A DNA stretch of 64,000 nt from an uncultured Chloroflexia bacterium (GCA_963797095.1 CAWCNY010000002.1:576001-640000); one strand, 5' to 3'. Numbered from the stretch's first letter, positions 39,875 to 51,215 are shown. Program-made: numbers and translations. The notes: a model not told the origin generated them from the sequence alone.

Positions 39875-40888
39875 ATGGATCTGAACACTTTCTGGTTCAT
39901 CCTGGTCACAGTGTTATTCATAGGCTTCTTCTTCCTCGAAGGCTTCGACTACGGGGTGGGTATCCTCCTCCCCTTCCTGGGGAAGAACGACGCCGAGCAA
40001 AGGCAGGTCATCTCAACCATCGGCCCTTTCTGGGACGGCAACGAAGTGTGGCTCCTGACCGCGGGCGGCGCAATCTTCGCGGCCTTCCCCAACTGGTATG
40101 CCACCCTCTTCAGCGGCTTCTACCTGCCGCTCTTGCTGGTGCTCATTGCCCTTATCCTGCGCGCTGTCGGCTTCGAGTTCCGCAATCGCGAGGAGCGCGC
40201 AAGCTGGCGCTCCTTCTGGACCTGGATGATCTTCGGCGGGAGCATATTGCCCGCCCTCCTGTGGGGCGTCGCCATCACCAACATCATGGAAGGCGTGCCA
40301 ATCGACGCCAAGATGCAGTACGTTGGCGGTTTCTTCAACCTGCTCAACCCCTATGCCCTCCTTGGCGGCCTCACCTTCGTAGTTCTCTTCGCCTTCCACG
40401 GCGCGGTCTTCATGACCCTTCGCACCGAAGGCCCCATGCTTGAGCGCGCCAAGAACACGGCCAATCGCCTCTGGCTCCCCACTGTGGTCCTGGTGCTCCT
40501 CTTCGTGGCTGGTGGCTACTTCTTCACCGATATCTTCACCCGCCTCGGCGTGAACCCCGGTGTCGCCCCCGTTGGCGCGGCTGCCGCCCTCCTCGCCGCC
40601 CGGTGGTTCCTCAGGAACCATCGAAGCGGCTGGGCCTTCGGCATGACCGGCCTCACAATCGCACTCGCCACTCTCACAATCTTCCAGGGCCTCTACCCGC
40701 GTGTGATGATCTCCAGCCTCGACCACGCCTTCGACCTCACCGTCTACAACGCCTCCTCCAGCCCCTACACCCTCGGCGTGATGAGTTGGATCGCCATAGG
40801 CTTCGTGCCCGTTGTCCTCGCCTACCAGGCCTGGAACTACTGGGTCTTCCGCAAGCGTATAGGCGCTTCCCCTGAGGGCCACATCTGA
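39875..40888 (+). CDS. cydB: Cytochrome bd oxidase subunit II
   Basis: LEGFDYGVG, PFWDGNEVWL, LTVYNASSSPYTL. Confidence 0.97.
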   Translation: MDLNTFWFILVTVLFIGFFFLEGFDYGVGILLPFLGKNDAEQRQVISTIGPFWDGNEVWLLTAGGAIFAAFPNWYATLFSGFYLPLLLVLIALILRAVGFEFRNREERASWRSFWTWMIFGGSILPALLWGVAITNIMEGVPIDAKMQYVGGFFNLLNPYALLGGLTFVVLFAFHGAVFMTLRTEGPMLERAKNTANRLWLPTVVLVLLFVAGGYFFTDIFTRLGVNPGVAPVGAAAALLAARWFLRNHRSGWAFGMTGLTIALATLTIFQGLYPRVMISSLDHAFDLTVYNASSSPYTLGVMSWIAIGFVPVVLAYQAWNYWVFRKRIGASPEGHI

Positions 40889-40897
40889 GAGGTGCTA

Positions 40898-40928
40898 TTG
40901 CCGGTCACAATGTCCCCGTGACCGGCAA
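40898..40928 (+). promoter_or_regulatory. Intercistronic hairpin between cydB and cydD
   Basis: TTGCCGGTCAC-N9-GTGACCGGCAA. Confidence 0.5.
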
Positions 40929-40954
40929 CCTGCCCTCGGCAAGCGGTGATTGCC

Positions 40955-42769
40955 ATGAAACCCGACAAAAGACTTCTCCACCTTACTGGTAATTTACGCG
41001 CCTACCTCCTCGCTACCTCCACGTTGGGCGCGCTGGTTGGCTTAGCGGCAGTGGCGCAGGCTCTCTGTGTCAGCCAGGTCGTTGGCGGCGTTTTCCTCGG
41101 CGGTGCCGCATTTCCCCATGTAAGCCCATGGTTGTGGCTCCTCCTTGGCGTGATCGTGGCCCGCTCCCTCTTACTCCTCGTGGGTGAGGTCGCCGCCAAC
41201 AGGTCCGCCCGCCAGGCCAAGCTGCGTCTGCGCGCCCCCTTCTTCAGCCGTCTGCTGGCCTTCGGTCCCGACTACTCACGCAGTGAGCGCACAGGCGAGC
41301 TTGTCAGCGTCGCCACCGATGGCGTCGAATCTCTCGATGCCTATTTCAGCCAGTATCTACCACAGCTATTCAACACCATTCTGGTGCCCGCAATCGTTGC
41401 CGTGGCCGTCTTCAGCACCGACCTGCTTTCAGGCGTGGTGCTCCTCCTCACCGCCCCCGTCCTCCCCATCTTCATGATCCTGGTGGGCAAGCTGGCCGAC
41501 TCCCTCGCCCGCAAGCAGTGGCGCACCCTCAGCCTGATGAGCGCCCACTTCCTCGATGTCCTCTCCGGCCTCACCACCCTCAAGCTCTTCGGACGCAGTA
41601 CCATCCAGAAGGAGAAGATCGCTCAGATCAGCGAGCAGCACCGCAACGCCACCATGAGCGTGTTGCGCGTCGCCTTCCTCTCTGCCCTCGTGCTCGAATT
41701 GGCCGCCACCCTCAGCACCGCCATCATCGCCGTGGAGATCGGACTGCGCCTCCTCTACGGCGGCATACCCTTCGTTCAGGCATTCTTCGTCCTCCTTCTC
41801 GCCCCTGAGTTCTACATGCCTTTCCGCGCCCTGGGTGCCCGCTTCCACTCGGCCATGTCGGGTGGCGAAGCAGCCAACCGCATCCTCCAGATCATGTCCG
41901 ATGCCGATCAGCGCCTCCCTGCCCCCGGCACTACACATGTGGCCTCCCCGCCGCCCATGCCCGACCCGGCCAGGCAACCAATCCGCTTCGAAAACGTCTT
42001 TTACTCCTACGATCTCCCCGCAAGCGACACGCTTGACGACACCTCAAACGCCCAACCCACCTCAGCCGTCGATAATCGCCCCGCAGCCCTGCGCGGCATA
42101 TCATTCACCATCGAGTCTGGTAGCAAAACTGCTTTCATAGGTCCCAGCGGTGGCGGCAAATCCACCATTGCCCATCTTCTCTTGCGCTTCTCCGAGCCAT
42201 CCGCCGGTGCAATCTACCTGGGCGACACTCCCTTCGATGCCTACCCTCCCGACGAGTGGCGCAAGTTGGTTGCCTGGGTCCCCCAGCGACCCTATCTCTT
42301 CCACGCCACCGTGGCCGACAATATCCTCATGGGTAGGCCCAACGCGACCCCATCCGATCTCGAAGCAGCAGCCCGCGCCGCCCACGCCCACGACTTCATC
42401 ATATCCTTACCTCAGGGCTACCAAACCGTGATAGGAGAGCAAGGTGCCAGGCTAAGCGGCGGCCAGGCCCAGCGCATCGGCATAGCCCGCGCCTTCCTCA
42501 AAGACGCCCCAATCCTCATCCTCGACGAAGCCACCTCCAACCTCGACTCTGAGCACGAGCGCCTGGTAGTGCAATCGATAGATCGCCTCATGCAGGGCCG
42601 CACCACCCTAATAATCGCCCACCGCCTCGCCACCGTTGAGCAAGCCTGCAAAGTAGTCGTGCTGGACGGTGGCCGCATAATCGAATCGGGAAGCCCCCGC
42701 TCCCTGGCGGCCCAAAACGGAGCATACAGTCGTCTCCTCAGTACCCGGATCGGAACCGCCCACCCATGA
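40955..42769 (+). CDS. cydD: Thiol-reductant ABC exporter subunit CydD
   Basis: YFSQYLPQ, GLTTLKLFG, LAPEFYMP; Walker A GPSGGGKST, LSGGQ, ILDEATS. Confidence 0.93.
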   Translation: MKPDKRLLHLTGNLRAYLLATSTLGALVGLAAVAQALCVSQVVGGVFLGGAAFPHVSPWLWLLLGVIVARSLLLLVGEVAANRSARQAKLRLRAPFFSRLLAFGPDYSRSERTGELVSVATDGVESLDAYFSQYLPQLFNTILVPAIVAVAVFSTDLLSGVVLLLTAPVLPIFMILVGKLADSLARKQWRTLSLMSAHFLDVLSGLTTLKLFGRSTIQKEKIAQISEQHRNATMSVLRVAFLSALVLELAATLSTAIIAVEIGLRLLYGGIPFVQAFFVLLLAPEFYMPFRALGARFHSAMSGGEAANRILQIMSDADQRLPAPGTTHVASPPPMPDPARQPIRFENVFYSYDLPASDTLDDTSNAQPTSAVDNRPAALRGISFTIESGSKTAFIGPSGGGKSTIAHLLLRFSEPSAGAIYLGDTPFDAYPPDEWRKLVAWVPQRPYLFHATVADNILMGRPNATPSDLEAAARAAHAHDFIISLPQGYQTVIGEQGARLSGGQAQRIGIARAFLKDAPILILDEATSNLDSEHERLVVQSIDRLMQGRTTLIIAHRLATVEQACKVVVLDGGRIIESGSPRSLAAQNGAYSRLLSTRIGTAHP

Positions 42770-44497
42770 CAGCCGCCACCTCCCAACCAGCCACTCGTCA
42801 CTCGCCACTCGTCGCTAGCCACCCTCTCCTCCGCCTCCTCTCCCTGGCGGCCCCCCTGAAGTGGTGGCTAGCCCTCTCCGCGCTCCTCGGCCTCCTTACC
42901 GTCCTGAGCGGTGTCGGCCTCATGTCCACCTCGGCCTACCTTATCTCCGAGGCAGCCCTCCACCCGTCCGTGGCGGCCCTCGGCGTAGCGATCGTGGGCG
43001 TCCGCTTCTTCGGCATAGCGCGCGGCCTCTTTCGCTACCTTGAGCGCTACGCTTCCCACTATGTCGCTCTCGGCATAACCTCTCGCCTGCGCGTCTGGTT
43101 CTATTCCGCCGTCGAGCCGTTGGCCCCCGCCCGCCTGATTACCTATCGCGGCGGCGACCTCCTCAGCCGCGCCATCGCCGATATCGAAACCCTCCAGGAC
43201 TTCTATGTGCGTGCCGTCTATCCACCTCTTGTGGCGGCCCTGGTGGCTCTTGCTCTCTGGCTATTTCTCGGCGCATTCGACCCTCTCTTTGCCCTCACCT
43301 TCCTGGCCTTCTACCTGCTGGCGGGCATCGCCGCACCCCTCCTGGCCCACCTGCTCGGTCGCAGTACGGGCAGCGAGATCGTTACCGTTCGCGCCGACCT
43401 CAACGCTCATCTCGCCGACGGCATCAAAGGGATGGCCGACATCATAGCCTTCGGCCAGCAGCAACCCCACGTCGAGCGCATCGAATCGCTCAACCGCCGC
43501 CTCGCATCCCTCCAGACTCGCATGGCCTGGGTAAGCGGCCTCGAAACCTCCCTCGGCAGCCTCCTCACCAATCTAGCCATGTGGACCATGCTCGTAGTCG
43601 CCATCCCCCTGGTGCGTGATGGCCGCCTCGACCCCGTCTATCTGGCTACCCTGGCGCTTGCCGCTCTCGCCGGCTTCGAGGCAATCCTCCCCCTCCCCGG
43701 CGCGGCCCGCAACCTTGGCGCGAGCCTGCAAGCTGCTCGCAGGCTCTTCGAGATGACCGCCATCCCCTCCCGCTTCCCACGACCCCGAAGGCGCGTCCCC
43801 CGGGCCCCTACACTACGGCATCACAATCCGCGCCCTCACCTTCACCTACGCCGAAGGCGAACAGCCAGCCCTCGATAGCGTAAGCCTCACCATCCCGCAG
43901 GGCACCTGCCTCGCACTCATCGGCCCCAGCGGCGCGGGCAAATCGACCGTCGCCAACCTCCTCCTGCGCTTCTGGGACTATACCCACGGCGAGATAACCC
44001 TTGGCGACCGCGAACTGCGCCTCTATCAAGGCGAGGACATCCGCAAGATGATAGGCGTGGTGGCCCAAACCACCCACCTCTTCAACACCACCATCCTGGG
44101 CAACCTGCTGATCGCAAGACCAGACGCCTCCGACGATCAGATCGCCCAGGCCATCCAAAAGGCCCAGCTATATGATTTCGTGCAATCTCTCCCCCTCGGC
44201 CTCGACACTCCGGTAGGAGAGAACGGCGTCAAGCTATCGGGCGGCGAGCGTCAGCGTCTCTCGATAGCCCGCGCCTTCCTCAAAGACGCCCCCATCCTCA
44301 TCCTGGACGAGCCAACCGCCAACCTCGACCCCACCACCGAACAAGCGATCTTTTCCACTCTAAAAGACCTGGCGCAGCACCGCACAACTCTCCTGATAAC
44401 CCACCGCCTGATAGGCCTGGAAATAGCAGATCAAGTAGCAGTACTGCGCCAGGGAAAAGTGATGAAGGACGAAAGACGAAGAACGAAAGACGAATAA
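42766..44497 (+). pseudogene. cydC: CydC, split by a +1 frameshift (or sequencing error)
   Basis: TMD (VRFFGIARGLFRYLERY.SH) in one frame; NBD (GPSGAGKST, LSGGERQR, LDEPT) in the next; removing one C from CCCC at 43764-43767 restores the frame. Confidence 0.85.
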
Positions 44498-44567
44498 TCA
44501 GTAAGTAGCAACGTCGTGTCACTCGCCACTCGCCACTCGCCACTCGTCACGCGCCCTTCGTCCTTAC
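44461..44567. repeat. Heptamer repeats (GACGAAA)n and (CACTCGC)n between convergent genes
   Basis: GACGAAAGACGAAGAACGAAAGACGAA ... GTCACTCGCCACTCGCCACTCGCCACTCGTCAC. Confidence 0.8.
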
Positions 44568-44839
44568 GCTTCCCGTCTCTCCACAATAATAGTCAAATCC
44601 GCCGCCAGCGCCGCGATTGCGCCCAGCGCTGCCCACACCGGCAGCAAGATCGCGCCGACCACCCCCGCCGTCAGCGGGAACTCCGCGATGATGTGGCCTG
44701 CGTCGTTCTTCACAACGATCTTGCGCACATTCCCCTGGTGGATTAGCTCCTTGATCTTCGCCAGCAGCATATCACCCTTTACCTTGAACTCCTCTTGCTG
44801 CGTGCTCTCCTCTTTCGTAGTTGTCATCTCATCAATCAT
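44564..44839 (-). CDS. DUF4342-like small protein
   Basis: EEFKVKG..L..KIKELIHQGNVRKIVVK...PLTAGVVG...WAALGAIAAL. Confidence 0.82.
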   Translation of the reverse strand: MIDEMTTTKEESTQQEEFKVKGDMLLAKIKELIHQGNVRKIVVKNDAGHIIAEFPLTAGVVGAILLPVWAALGAIAALAADLTIIVERREA

Positions 44840-44909
44840 TTTAGATCTCCTTTAGAGGGTATGCGTCTACAACGCCGTCACCAATGGCGCTTGCGTTCCG
44901 CCACCCCTC

Positions 44910-44963
44910 ACTGTACCAGTCCCCGGTTACAAACCCGGTAACAGTCGGTATCTATCAGGTAAT
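44910..44963 (-). promoter_or_regulatory. Direct-repeat regulon promoter (DUF4342 gene)
   Basis: Minus strand ATTACC, GATACC, GTTACC, GTAACC spaced 11-10-12, 9-nt gap, TACAGT. Confidence 0.65.
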
Positions 44964-44995
44964 AATTGCCCCCGTGGGCCAACATCCCCGGCACT

Positions 44996-45049
44996 TTCAC
45001 TATTTCTTCACCTGCATTCACCGTCCCTTTCATCTCCCGGCGCTACACT
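44996..45049 (+). promoter_or_regulatory. Direct-repeat regulon promoter (hydrogenase operon)
   Basis: TTCACT 44996, TTCACC 45007, TTCACC 45017, TTCATC 45029, 9-nt gap, TACACT 45044. Confidence 0.75.
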
Positions 45050-45109
45050 GATATAGGAGTGATCCCGGCACTCCCAATCTACATGTCGAATCCATCACGG
45101 GAGGTTCCT

Positions 45110-46267
45110 ATGGTCTCATCCACATCAAAACGCCCCAGGCGAAAAAACCAAACCACTCGCTACACCATGCAAGCCGCCCACCTCGACCGGCTGTTCCAGG
45201 CGCTAAAGGATCGGGGCTACCGATTACTGGGCCCCTGTGTGCGCGATGGTGCCATCATCTATGACGAAATCCACGCGCCATCCGACCTGCCCATCGGCTG
45301 GACCGACGAGCAAGCAGGCGGCACCTACCGCCTCAAACCGCGCGACGACCGCTCCTACTTCGGCTACAACCTCGGCCCCCACTCCTGGAAGAAATATCTG
45401 CACCCTCCCATCCTGCGCCTCTGGCACGCCACCCGCACCGGCGAAGGCATAGACCTCCACGACGACACCCCCCAACCTACCAGGCGCGCCTTCATCGGCG
45501 TTCGCGCCTGCGAATTGAGCGCCATCGCCATCCAGGATCGCGTCTTTCTTGGCGATGCCTACGTAGACCCCCAGTACGCCGCCCGGCGCGAGAGCCTCTT
45601 CATCGTCGCCGTCAATTGCGGGCAGGCGGGCGCTACCTGCTTCTGCGCCTCGATGGGCACCGGCCCCAGGGCCGACAAAGGCTTCGACCTCAGCCTCACC
45701 GAAATCCTCGAAGCCGGCAGGCACTACTTCATATTGGAAACAGGCAGCCCCACAGGCACCGAGCTCCTCGCCGACATCCCCCACCACGTCGCCTCAGCCG
45801 ACGAGATCGATAGTGCCGAGCGCGTCATAACCGCCGCAGAGATGCAAATGGGGCGCACCCTCGAAACCAACGGCCTCAAAGAACTTCTATACTCCAACGT
45901 GGATAGCTCTCAATGGGATGAAATAGCCCAGCGCTGCCTTAGCTGCGGCAACTGCACCATGGTCTGCCCGACCTGCTTCTGCACCACCGTAGAAGACGTG
46001 ACCGACCTCTCAGGCCAGCAAGCCGAGCGCGTACGCAAGTGGGACTCCTGCTTCACAGTAGATTTCTCCTACATACACGGTGGCAGCATAAGAGTATCGC
46101 CCAAGTCCCGCTACCGCCAGTGGATGACCCACAAGCTAGCCTCCTGGCAAGACCAGTTCGGCACATCAGGCTGTGTAGGCTGCGGTCGCTGCATAACCTG
46201 GTGCCCGGTAGGCATCGACATAACAGAAGAAGCAGCAAAAATGCGCCAAAATGAAAGTGAAACGTGA
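45110..46267 (+). CDS. hyhB: Group 3b [NiFe]-hydrogenase beta (Fe-S) subunit
   Basis: [50 protein letters not shown]; ATG after GGAGG. Confidence 0.9.
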   Translation: MVSSTSKRPRRKNQTTRYTMQAAHLDRLFQALKDRGYRLLGPCVRDGAIIYDEIHAPSDLPIGWTDEQAGGTYRLKPRDDRSYFGYNLGPHSWKKYLHPPILRLWHATRTGEGIDLHDDTPQPTRRAFIGVRACELSAIAIQDRVFLGDAYVDPQYAARRESLFIVAVNCGQAGATCFCASMGTGPRADKGFDLSLTEILEAGRHYFILETGSPTGTELLADIPHHVASADEIDSAERVITAAEMQMGRTLETNGLKELLYSNVDSSQWDEIAQRCLSCGNCTMVCPTCFCTTVEDVTDLSGQQAERVRKWDSCFTVDFSYIHGGSIRVSPKSRYRQWMTHKLASWQDQFGTSGCVGCGRCITWCPVGIDITEEAAKMRQNESET

Positions 46268-46357
46268 AGACGAACGACGAATGACGAAGGAAGTAAGCAA
46301 CACACAATACACAACACACAATACGCAGTACGCAGTACGCGATAGCTCACTCGTCAC
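46255..46357. repeat. Composite heptamer array
   Basis: (GACGAAY)n, then (CACAAYA)n grading into (CGCAGTA)n, then CTCACTCGTCACG; ends just before the GGAGG of the next gene. Confidence 0.8.
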
Positions 46358-46373
46358 GAACGGAGGTAACAAA

Positions 46374-46856
46374 ATGGACGGATATGAATCACTTCTAGCC
46401 GAGCAGCACTTCCTCAAAGGTATGGAGGAAGAGCATCTGGAAGCCATAGCGGATTGTGCCTCCTATGTGCGCTTCCAGAAGGGCCAGTTCCTCTGTCGAG
46501 AGGGAGAATACGCCCGCCGCTTCTACATCATCAGCAGCGGCAAAGTGGGCCTCGAAATATTCGCGCCAGGTCGCGGCCCCGTCATCGTCGAAACAATTGA
46601 AGACGGTGGCGTGCTCGGCTGGTCCTGGCTCTTCGAGCCTTACAGGTGGCACCTCGATGCCATCGCTCAGACCGATGTTACCGCCGTGGCCTTCGACGCC
46701 CTTTGCCTGCGTGGCAAATGCGACACCAACCACGACCTCGGGTATGAGTTGGTAAAACGCTTCTCGCAAGTGATCATGGGACGCTTGCAAGCCACCAGGA
46801 TGGCCCTGCTGGATGTCTACAGCGCCTCGCAAACCGCCCCCGCCATCAAGAGGTAA
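46374..46856 (+). CDS. Stand-alone cyclic-nucleotide-binding (Crp-like) domain protein
   Basis: F..GQFLCREGE.A..FYII.SGKV.L, GVLGWSWLFEPYRW; no HTH. Confidence 0.85.
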   Translation: MDGYESLLAEQHFLKGMEEEHLEAIADCASYVRFQKGQFLCREGEYARRFYIISSGKVGLEIFAPGRGPVIVETIEDGGVLGWSWLFEPYRWHLDAIAQTDVTAVAFDALCLRGKCDTNHDLGYELVKRFSQVIMGRLQATRMALLDVYSASQTAPAIKR

Positions 46857-46860
46857 TTCT

Positions 46861-47730
46861 ATGGCTGCTCCAACCACCATATCGTCGCCTGAGACCGACC
46901 TCTACGAAAACCCCATGTTGCCCAGGCTCTATACGATCCACAGCATACTCCCTGAAACCGCCGATACATGGACCCTTGAGATCGAGCCTGCCGGTGGCGA
47001 GCGTTGCCCTCGCTTCCTCCCCGGCCAGTTCAACATGCTCTACGTCTTTGGCGTGGGCGAGATGGCGATCTCCATCTGCGGCGACCCCTCCTGGCGCGGT
47101 ACCTTCACCCACACTGTACGCGCCGTTGGCACAGGCACTAAAGCCCTGTGCAACCTCCAATCGGGCGACCTCATTGGCGTGCGTGGCCCTTTCGGCACCT
47201 CCTGGCCCGACAAAGAGCTTGAGAGCAAAGACGTAGTGATCGTGGCGGGCGGCATCGGCCTCCCCCCACTCCGCCCCAGCATCTACACCATCCTGGCTAA
47301 CAGAAGCAAATACGGTAGGGTATCCCTCCTCTATGGAGCGCGCACCCCCCGCGACCTCCTTTACGTTGACGAGCTTTCCCGCTGGCGCGAGAGGCCCGAT
47401 TTCTCCCTCGCCGTCACTGTAGATACCGCCGAGCGTGGCTGGTTCGGGAATGTGGGTGTGGTTACCACCCTATTCTCCAAAATCCAGTTCGATCCAGCCA
47501 ACACCATCGCCCTCATCGTTGGTCCTGAGATCATGATGCGCTTCACCATTATGGAGTTGCAAAAGCGCGACGTCCCTTCCGAAAGCATCTACATCTCAAT
47601 GGAGCGCAACATGAAATGCGCGGTCGGCCTCTGCGGCCACTGCCAGCTTGGCCCCGACTTCATCTGCAAAGACGGCCCGGTATTCAGATTTGATCAACTC
47701 GAAGGTATTTTCGGAAAGCGAGAACTATAG
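46861..47730 (+). CDS. hyhG: Group 3b hydrogenase gamma (FAD/NAD(P)-binding) subunit
   Basis: [42 protein letters not shown]...CKDGPV. Confidence 0.92.
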   Translation: MAAPTTISSPETDLYENPMLPRLYTIHSILPETADTWTLEIEPAGGERCPRFLPGQFNMLYVFGVGEMAISICGDPSWRGTFTHTVRAVGTGTKALCNLQSGDLIGVRGPFGTSWPDKELESKDVVIVAGGIGLPPLRPSIYTILANRSKYGRVSLLYGARTPRDLLYVDELSRWRERPDFSLAVTVDTAERGWFGNVGVVTTLFSKIQFDPANTIALIVGPEIMMRFTIMELQKRDVPSESIYISMERNMKCAVGLCGHCQLGPDFICKDGPVFRFDQLEGIFGKREL

Positions 47731-47777
47731 CCGTAGATGGCTTCACTATCTATCTATCTGCATCAAGAGGCGTTGAC

Positions 47778-48569
47778 ATGAACACACAACTACAACGGAA
47801 GCCCAAACTGGCTGTATGGAAGTTTTCGTCCTGCGACGGATGCCAGTTGAGCCTGCTTGATTGCGAGGATGAACTCCTTGCCGTCGCGGGGGCTGTCGAG
47901 ATAGCCTATTTCCCTGAGGCCACGCGGACCGTACTCAAAGGCCCCTACGATCTATCCCTGGTAGAGGGCTCAGTCGCCACCCCCCACGACCTTGAGCGCA
48001 TCAAGGAGGTGCGTGAGCAATCCAAGTTCCTCATAACAATAGGCGCGTGTGCCACCGCGGGCGGCATCCAGGCTCTCCGCAACTTCAAGGATGTGCGCGA
48101 GTTCACTTCCATAGTCTACGCCACTCCCCAGTATATAGACACCCTCGAAAAGTCTACTGCTATATCCGACCACGTACAGGTGGATTTCGAATTGCGGGGC
48201 TGCCCCATCAACAAATTCCAGCTGCTTGAGGTGATCAGCGCTTTCCTCAACGGGCGCAAACCCAACACCCCTCCTCACAGCGTCTGTATCGAGTGCAAAC
48301 AATCGGGCATCCCCTGCGTGATGGTTTCCCGCGCTATCCCCTGCCTCGGCCCTGTCACCCACGCCGGGTGTGGCGCTCTCTGCCCTTCCTACAACCGCGG
48401 TTGCTTTGGTTGCTACGGCCCCAAAGAGACCCCCAACACCGCCTCGCTCGCCCACTGGTGGAGCCTCCCCCTGGCCGTCCCCCGCGACGGCGTCCTCCGA
48501 GCCTTCCGAGGCATCAATGCATACGCCCAGCCCTTCAAAGAGGAGAGTGAGAAATATGAGCAACCCTGA
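47778..48569 (+). CDS. hyhS: Group 3b hydrogenase small (delta) subunit
   Basis: [34 protein letters not shown]...RGCFGCYG. Confidence 0.92.
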   Translation: MNTQLQRKPKLAVWKFSSCDGCQLSLLDCEDELLAVAGAVEIAYFPEATRTVLKGPYDLSLVEGSVATPHDLERIKEVREQSKFLITIGACATAGGIQALRNFKDVREFTSIVYATPQYIDTLEKSTAISDHVQVDFELRGCPINKFQLLEVISAFLNGRKPNTPPHSVCIECKQSGIPCVMVSRAIPCLGPVTHAGCGALCPSYNRGCFGCYGPKETPNTASLAHWWSLPLAVPRDGVLRAFRGINAYAQPFKEESEKYEQP

Positions 48570-49956
48570 AACCCACGCTGCCCCCACTACCAAAACCATT
48601 CATGTCGATTACCTGGCTCGTGTAGAGGGCGAGGGTGGCCTTCATATCAAAATCAAAGGTGATCAGGTCACCGACGTTCGCCTCGCTATTTTCGAGCCGC
48701 CCCGCTTCTTCGAGGCGCTCCTGCGCGGTCGCCACTTCACCGAGGTGCCCGACATCACCGCTCGTATCTGCGGTATCTGCCCCGTTGCCTACCAGATGAG
48801 CTCCGTTCACGCCATGGAAGACGCCTACAACGTCACAGTGGGCGGCCAACTGCGCGCCTTGCGACGCCTTCTCTACTGCGGTGAGTGGATCGAAAGCCAT
48901 GCCCTCCACGTCTACATGCTCCACGCCCCCGACTTCCTCGGCTATCCCGACGCCATCCGTATGGCCGCCGACTACCCCGATATCGTCAATCGCGGCCTTA
49001 AGCTCAAGAAGATCGGCAACGAGATAATGCGCTTGCTCGGCGGTCGCGAGATCCACCCCATCAACGTGCGGGTAGGTGGCTTCTATCGTGTCCCCCACAT
49101 CAACGAGCTTCTTCAGTTCGAGGAAAAGCTTGTGTGGGCGCGCCAGGCCTCCCTCGATACCGTCCGCTGGGTAGCAACCCTCGACTTCCCGAAGATGGAG
49201 CGCGACTACGAGTTTGTGGCTTTGCGCCACGAAAACGAATACGCCATGAACGAAGGCCGTCTCGTATCGAACAAAGGTTTCAACATCCCTATCTCCGAAT
49301 ACGAGCAGCATTTTCATGAGATACATGTCCCCTACTCCAACGCCCTCCAATCCACCCTTCACGGCCATTCCTACTTCGTAGGCCCTATGGCCCGCTACAA
49401 CCTCAACTACGACAAGCTCCCTGCCATAGCCCGTGAAGCCGCCCGCGAAGCCGGTCTCGGCCCCACCTGCAATAACCCCTTCAAGAGCATCATCATCCGC
49501 AGCGTCGAGCTACTCTACGCCTGCGAAGAGGCTCTCCGCATCATCGAAAACTACACCGTGCCTGAGCAATCCTATCTCACCGTAGGCTCCTCCGACTCCC
49601 CCCATCCCTCCCCTGCCGACTGGAAACCCGTCGTGCGCGATGGCACCGACTTCGCTCTACAAAACACCGTCAACGCCGTTCGCACCGGCTACGGTTGCAG
49701 CGAAGCCCCACGCGGCATTCTCTACCACAGGTACGACCTCGACGACGGCGACCTGATCCTCGACGCCAAGATCGTCCCTCCCACCTCTCAGAATCAGAAG
49801 GCCATTGAAGAAGACCTCCGAGCCTTCGTCTCTGAGCGCATCGATATGCCCAAAGATGAGTTGACCTGGCAGTGCGAGCAGGCCATCCGCAACTACGACC
49901 CTTGTATCTCATGTGCCACCCACTTCTTGACACTCTCTATTGAGAGAGGAGACTGA
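48556..49956 (+). CDS. hyhL: Group 3b [NiFe]-hydrogenase large (alpha) subunit
   Basis: ARVEGEG, L1 motif RICGICP, EAPRG, L2 motif DPCISCATH plus cleavable C-terminal tail. Confidence 0.95.
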   Translation: MSNPETHAAPTTKTIHVDYLARVEGEGGLHIKIKGDQVTDVRLAIFEPPRFFEALLRGRHFTEVPDITARICGICPVAYQMSSVHAMEDAYNVTVGGQLRALRRLLYCGEWIESHALHVYMLHAPDFLGYPDAIRMAADYPDIVNRGLKLKKIGNEIMRLLGGREIHPINVRVGGFYRVPHINELLQFEEKLVWARQASLDTVRWVATLDFPKMERDYEFVALRHENEYAMNEGRLVSNKGFNIPISEYEQHFHEIHVPYSNALQSTLHGHSYFVGPMARYNLNYDKLPAIAREAAREAGLGPTCNNPFKSIIIRSVELLYACEEALRIIENYTVPEQSYLTVGSSDSPHPSPADWKPVVRDGTDFALQNTVNAVRTGYGCSEAPRGILYHRYDLDDGDLILDAKIVPPTSQNQKAIEEDLRAFVSERIDMPKDELTWQCEQAIRNYDPCISCATHFLTLSIERGD

Positions 49957-49957
49957 A

Positions 49958-51178
49958 ATGAACCTCCTTGAAGATCAAGTCCAGCACCAGGCCAGGCATA
50001 GGCCCTACTTTGATGACAAGAACATGGATTTCTATCTAACCTGGTTCCTCGGCTACGCCAACTTCGGCGGTGCAGAGTACGGCGAGTGTATGCAGGTCGT
50101 GTCCAGGATCGAAGACGGCAATCCACAAAGTTGGGCAACAGAATGGCGGCGCATGGCGCAGCACGTCGAAGCCGTCGCTATGTCCACCCTGGACAATGGG
50201 CATCTGGTAACTGCCCGTGAGGAATACCTGCGCGCGTTTATCTACTATCGCGCTGCCCTGGCCCTCATGCACCCAAATAGTCGCCGTTTCCTCGACGCCT
50301 GGGAGGATATGCGCTCCTGCTTCAGGATGGCGGCAGCGCTCTTCCAGCCGCCCATCACCCATGTAAAGGTACCCTTCAAAGACAAAGTGTTGCCAGGTTA
50401 CTTTATGCGTGCGGATGCCCTCCCCATCCCCCATCCCACTCTCATCATGATCGGTAGCGGAGATACTTTCGCTGAGGAACTGTACTTCTGGGCTGCTGCT
50501 CCCGGTGCGGCCAGGGGCTACAACACCCTCTTTGTCGAGCTTCCAGGCCAGGGCAGCACTCCCTTCAGCGGTCTCTTCTACCGCGCTGATGCTGAAAAGC
50601 CCCTCGAAGCTGTCGTGAACTACGCACTCACCCTGCCTGGGGTTGATCCCGATCGCCTCTACATATGCGGTGTTAGCGGTGGTGGCTACATGGCAGCGAG
50701 GGCCGCAGCCCACGACAAACGCATCAAGGCTTGCATTCTCAATGCTCCTATCACCGATATGTATCGCCTGCTTAATGCCTCGTTATCCGGTATCATGCAG
50801 AGCTTGCGGGTGCCTGGGCGCTCGGATACCGCTCCTGGGTGGGCCATAAGCAGCAACCCGGCGATCATCGATGTGCTTCTCGATAGAATCTGTTGGCAAT
50901 TTGGTGTCACCTCAATTCCCCAGGCCCTGGAACTCGCTAAACTATTTCAACTGGGCGATCTGGTGGACGATATAGAATGCCCTACACTCTGCCTGGTCAG
51001 CGAGGGCGAATCTGCCGAGCAGAGTACGCAGGCCCGCGAGTTCTACAACAAGCTCAGCGCTCCCAAGCAGATGCGCGTCTTCACAGCCGACGAGGGTGCG
51101 CAAGCCCACTGCCAGGTTAACAACCTCAGTCTCATGCATACCACCCTGTTCGACTGGCTGGACGACCTGCCCATCTAA
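49958..51178 (+). CDS. Alpha/beta-hydrolase (FrsA/DHPON-hydrolase-like)
   Basis: Nucleophile elbow GVSGGG, ELPGQG, catalytic His in GAQAHCQVNN. Confidence 0.82.
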   Translation: MNLLEDQVQHQARHRPYFDDKNMDFYLTWFLGYANFGGAEYGECMQVVSRIEDGNPQSWATEWRRMAQHVEAVAMSTLDNGHLVTAREEYLRAFIYYRAALALMHPNSRRFLDAWEDMRSCFRMAAALFQPPITHVKVPFKDKVLPGYFMRADALPIPHPTLIMIGSGDTFAEELYFWAAAPGAARGYNTLFVELPGQGSTPFSGLFYRADAEKPLEAVVNYALTLPGVDPDRLYICGVSGGGYMAARAAAHDKRIKACILNAPITDMYRLLNASLSGIMQSLRVPGRSDTAPGWAISSNPAIIDVLLDRICWQFGVTSIPQALELAKLFQLGDLVDDIECPTLCLVSEGESAEQSTQAREFYNKLSAPKQMRVFTADEGAQAHCQVNNLSLMHTTLFDWLDDLPI

Positions 51179-51190
51179 CTACCCACCACT

Positions 51191-51215
51191 GTAGGGGCGA
51201 GGCACGCCTCGCCCT
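51191..51215 (+). repeat. GTAG-type REP-like hairpin
   Basis: GTAG-GGGCGAGGC-AC-GCCTCGCCC-T. Confidence 0.6.

Noticed and set aside
46251-46373. N-terminal extension of the cNMP-binding protein (and ORFs 57113-57383, 62364-62654)
   Set aside because: Translations of heptamer repeats; the RBS-supported start is 46374.
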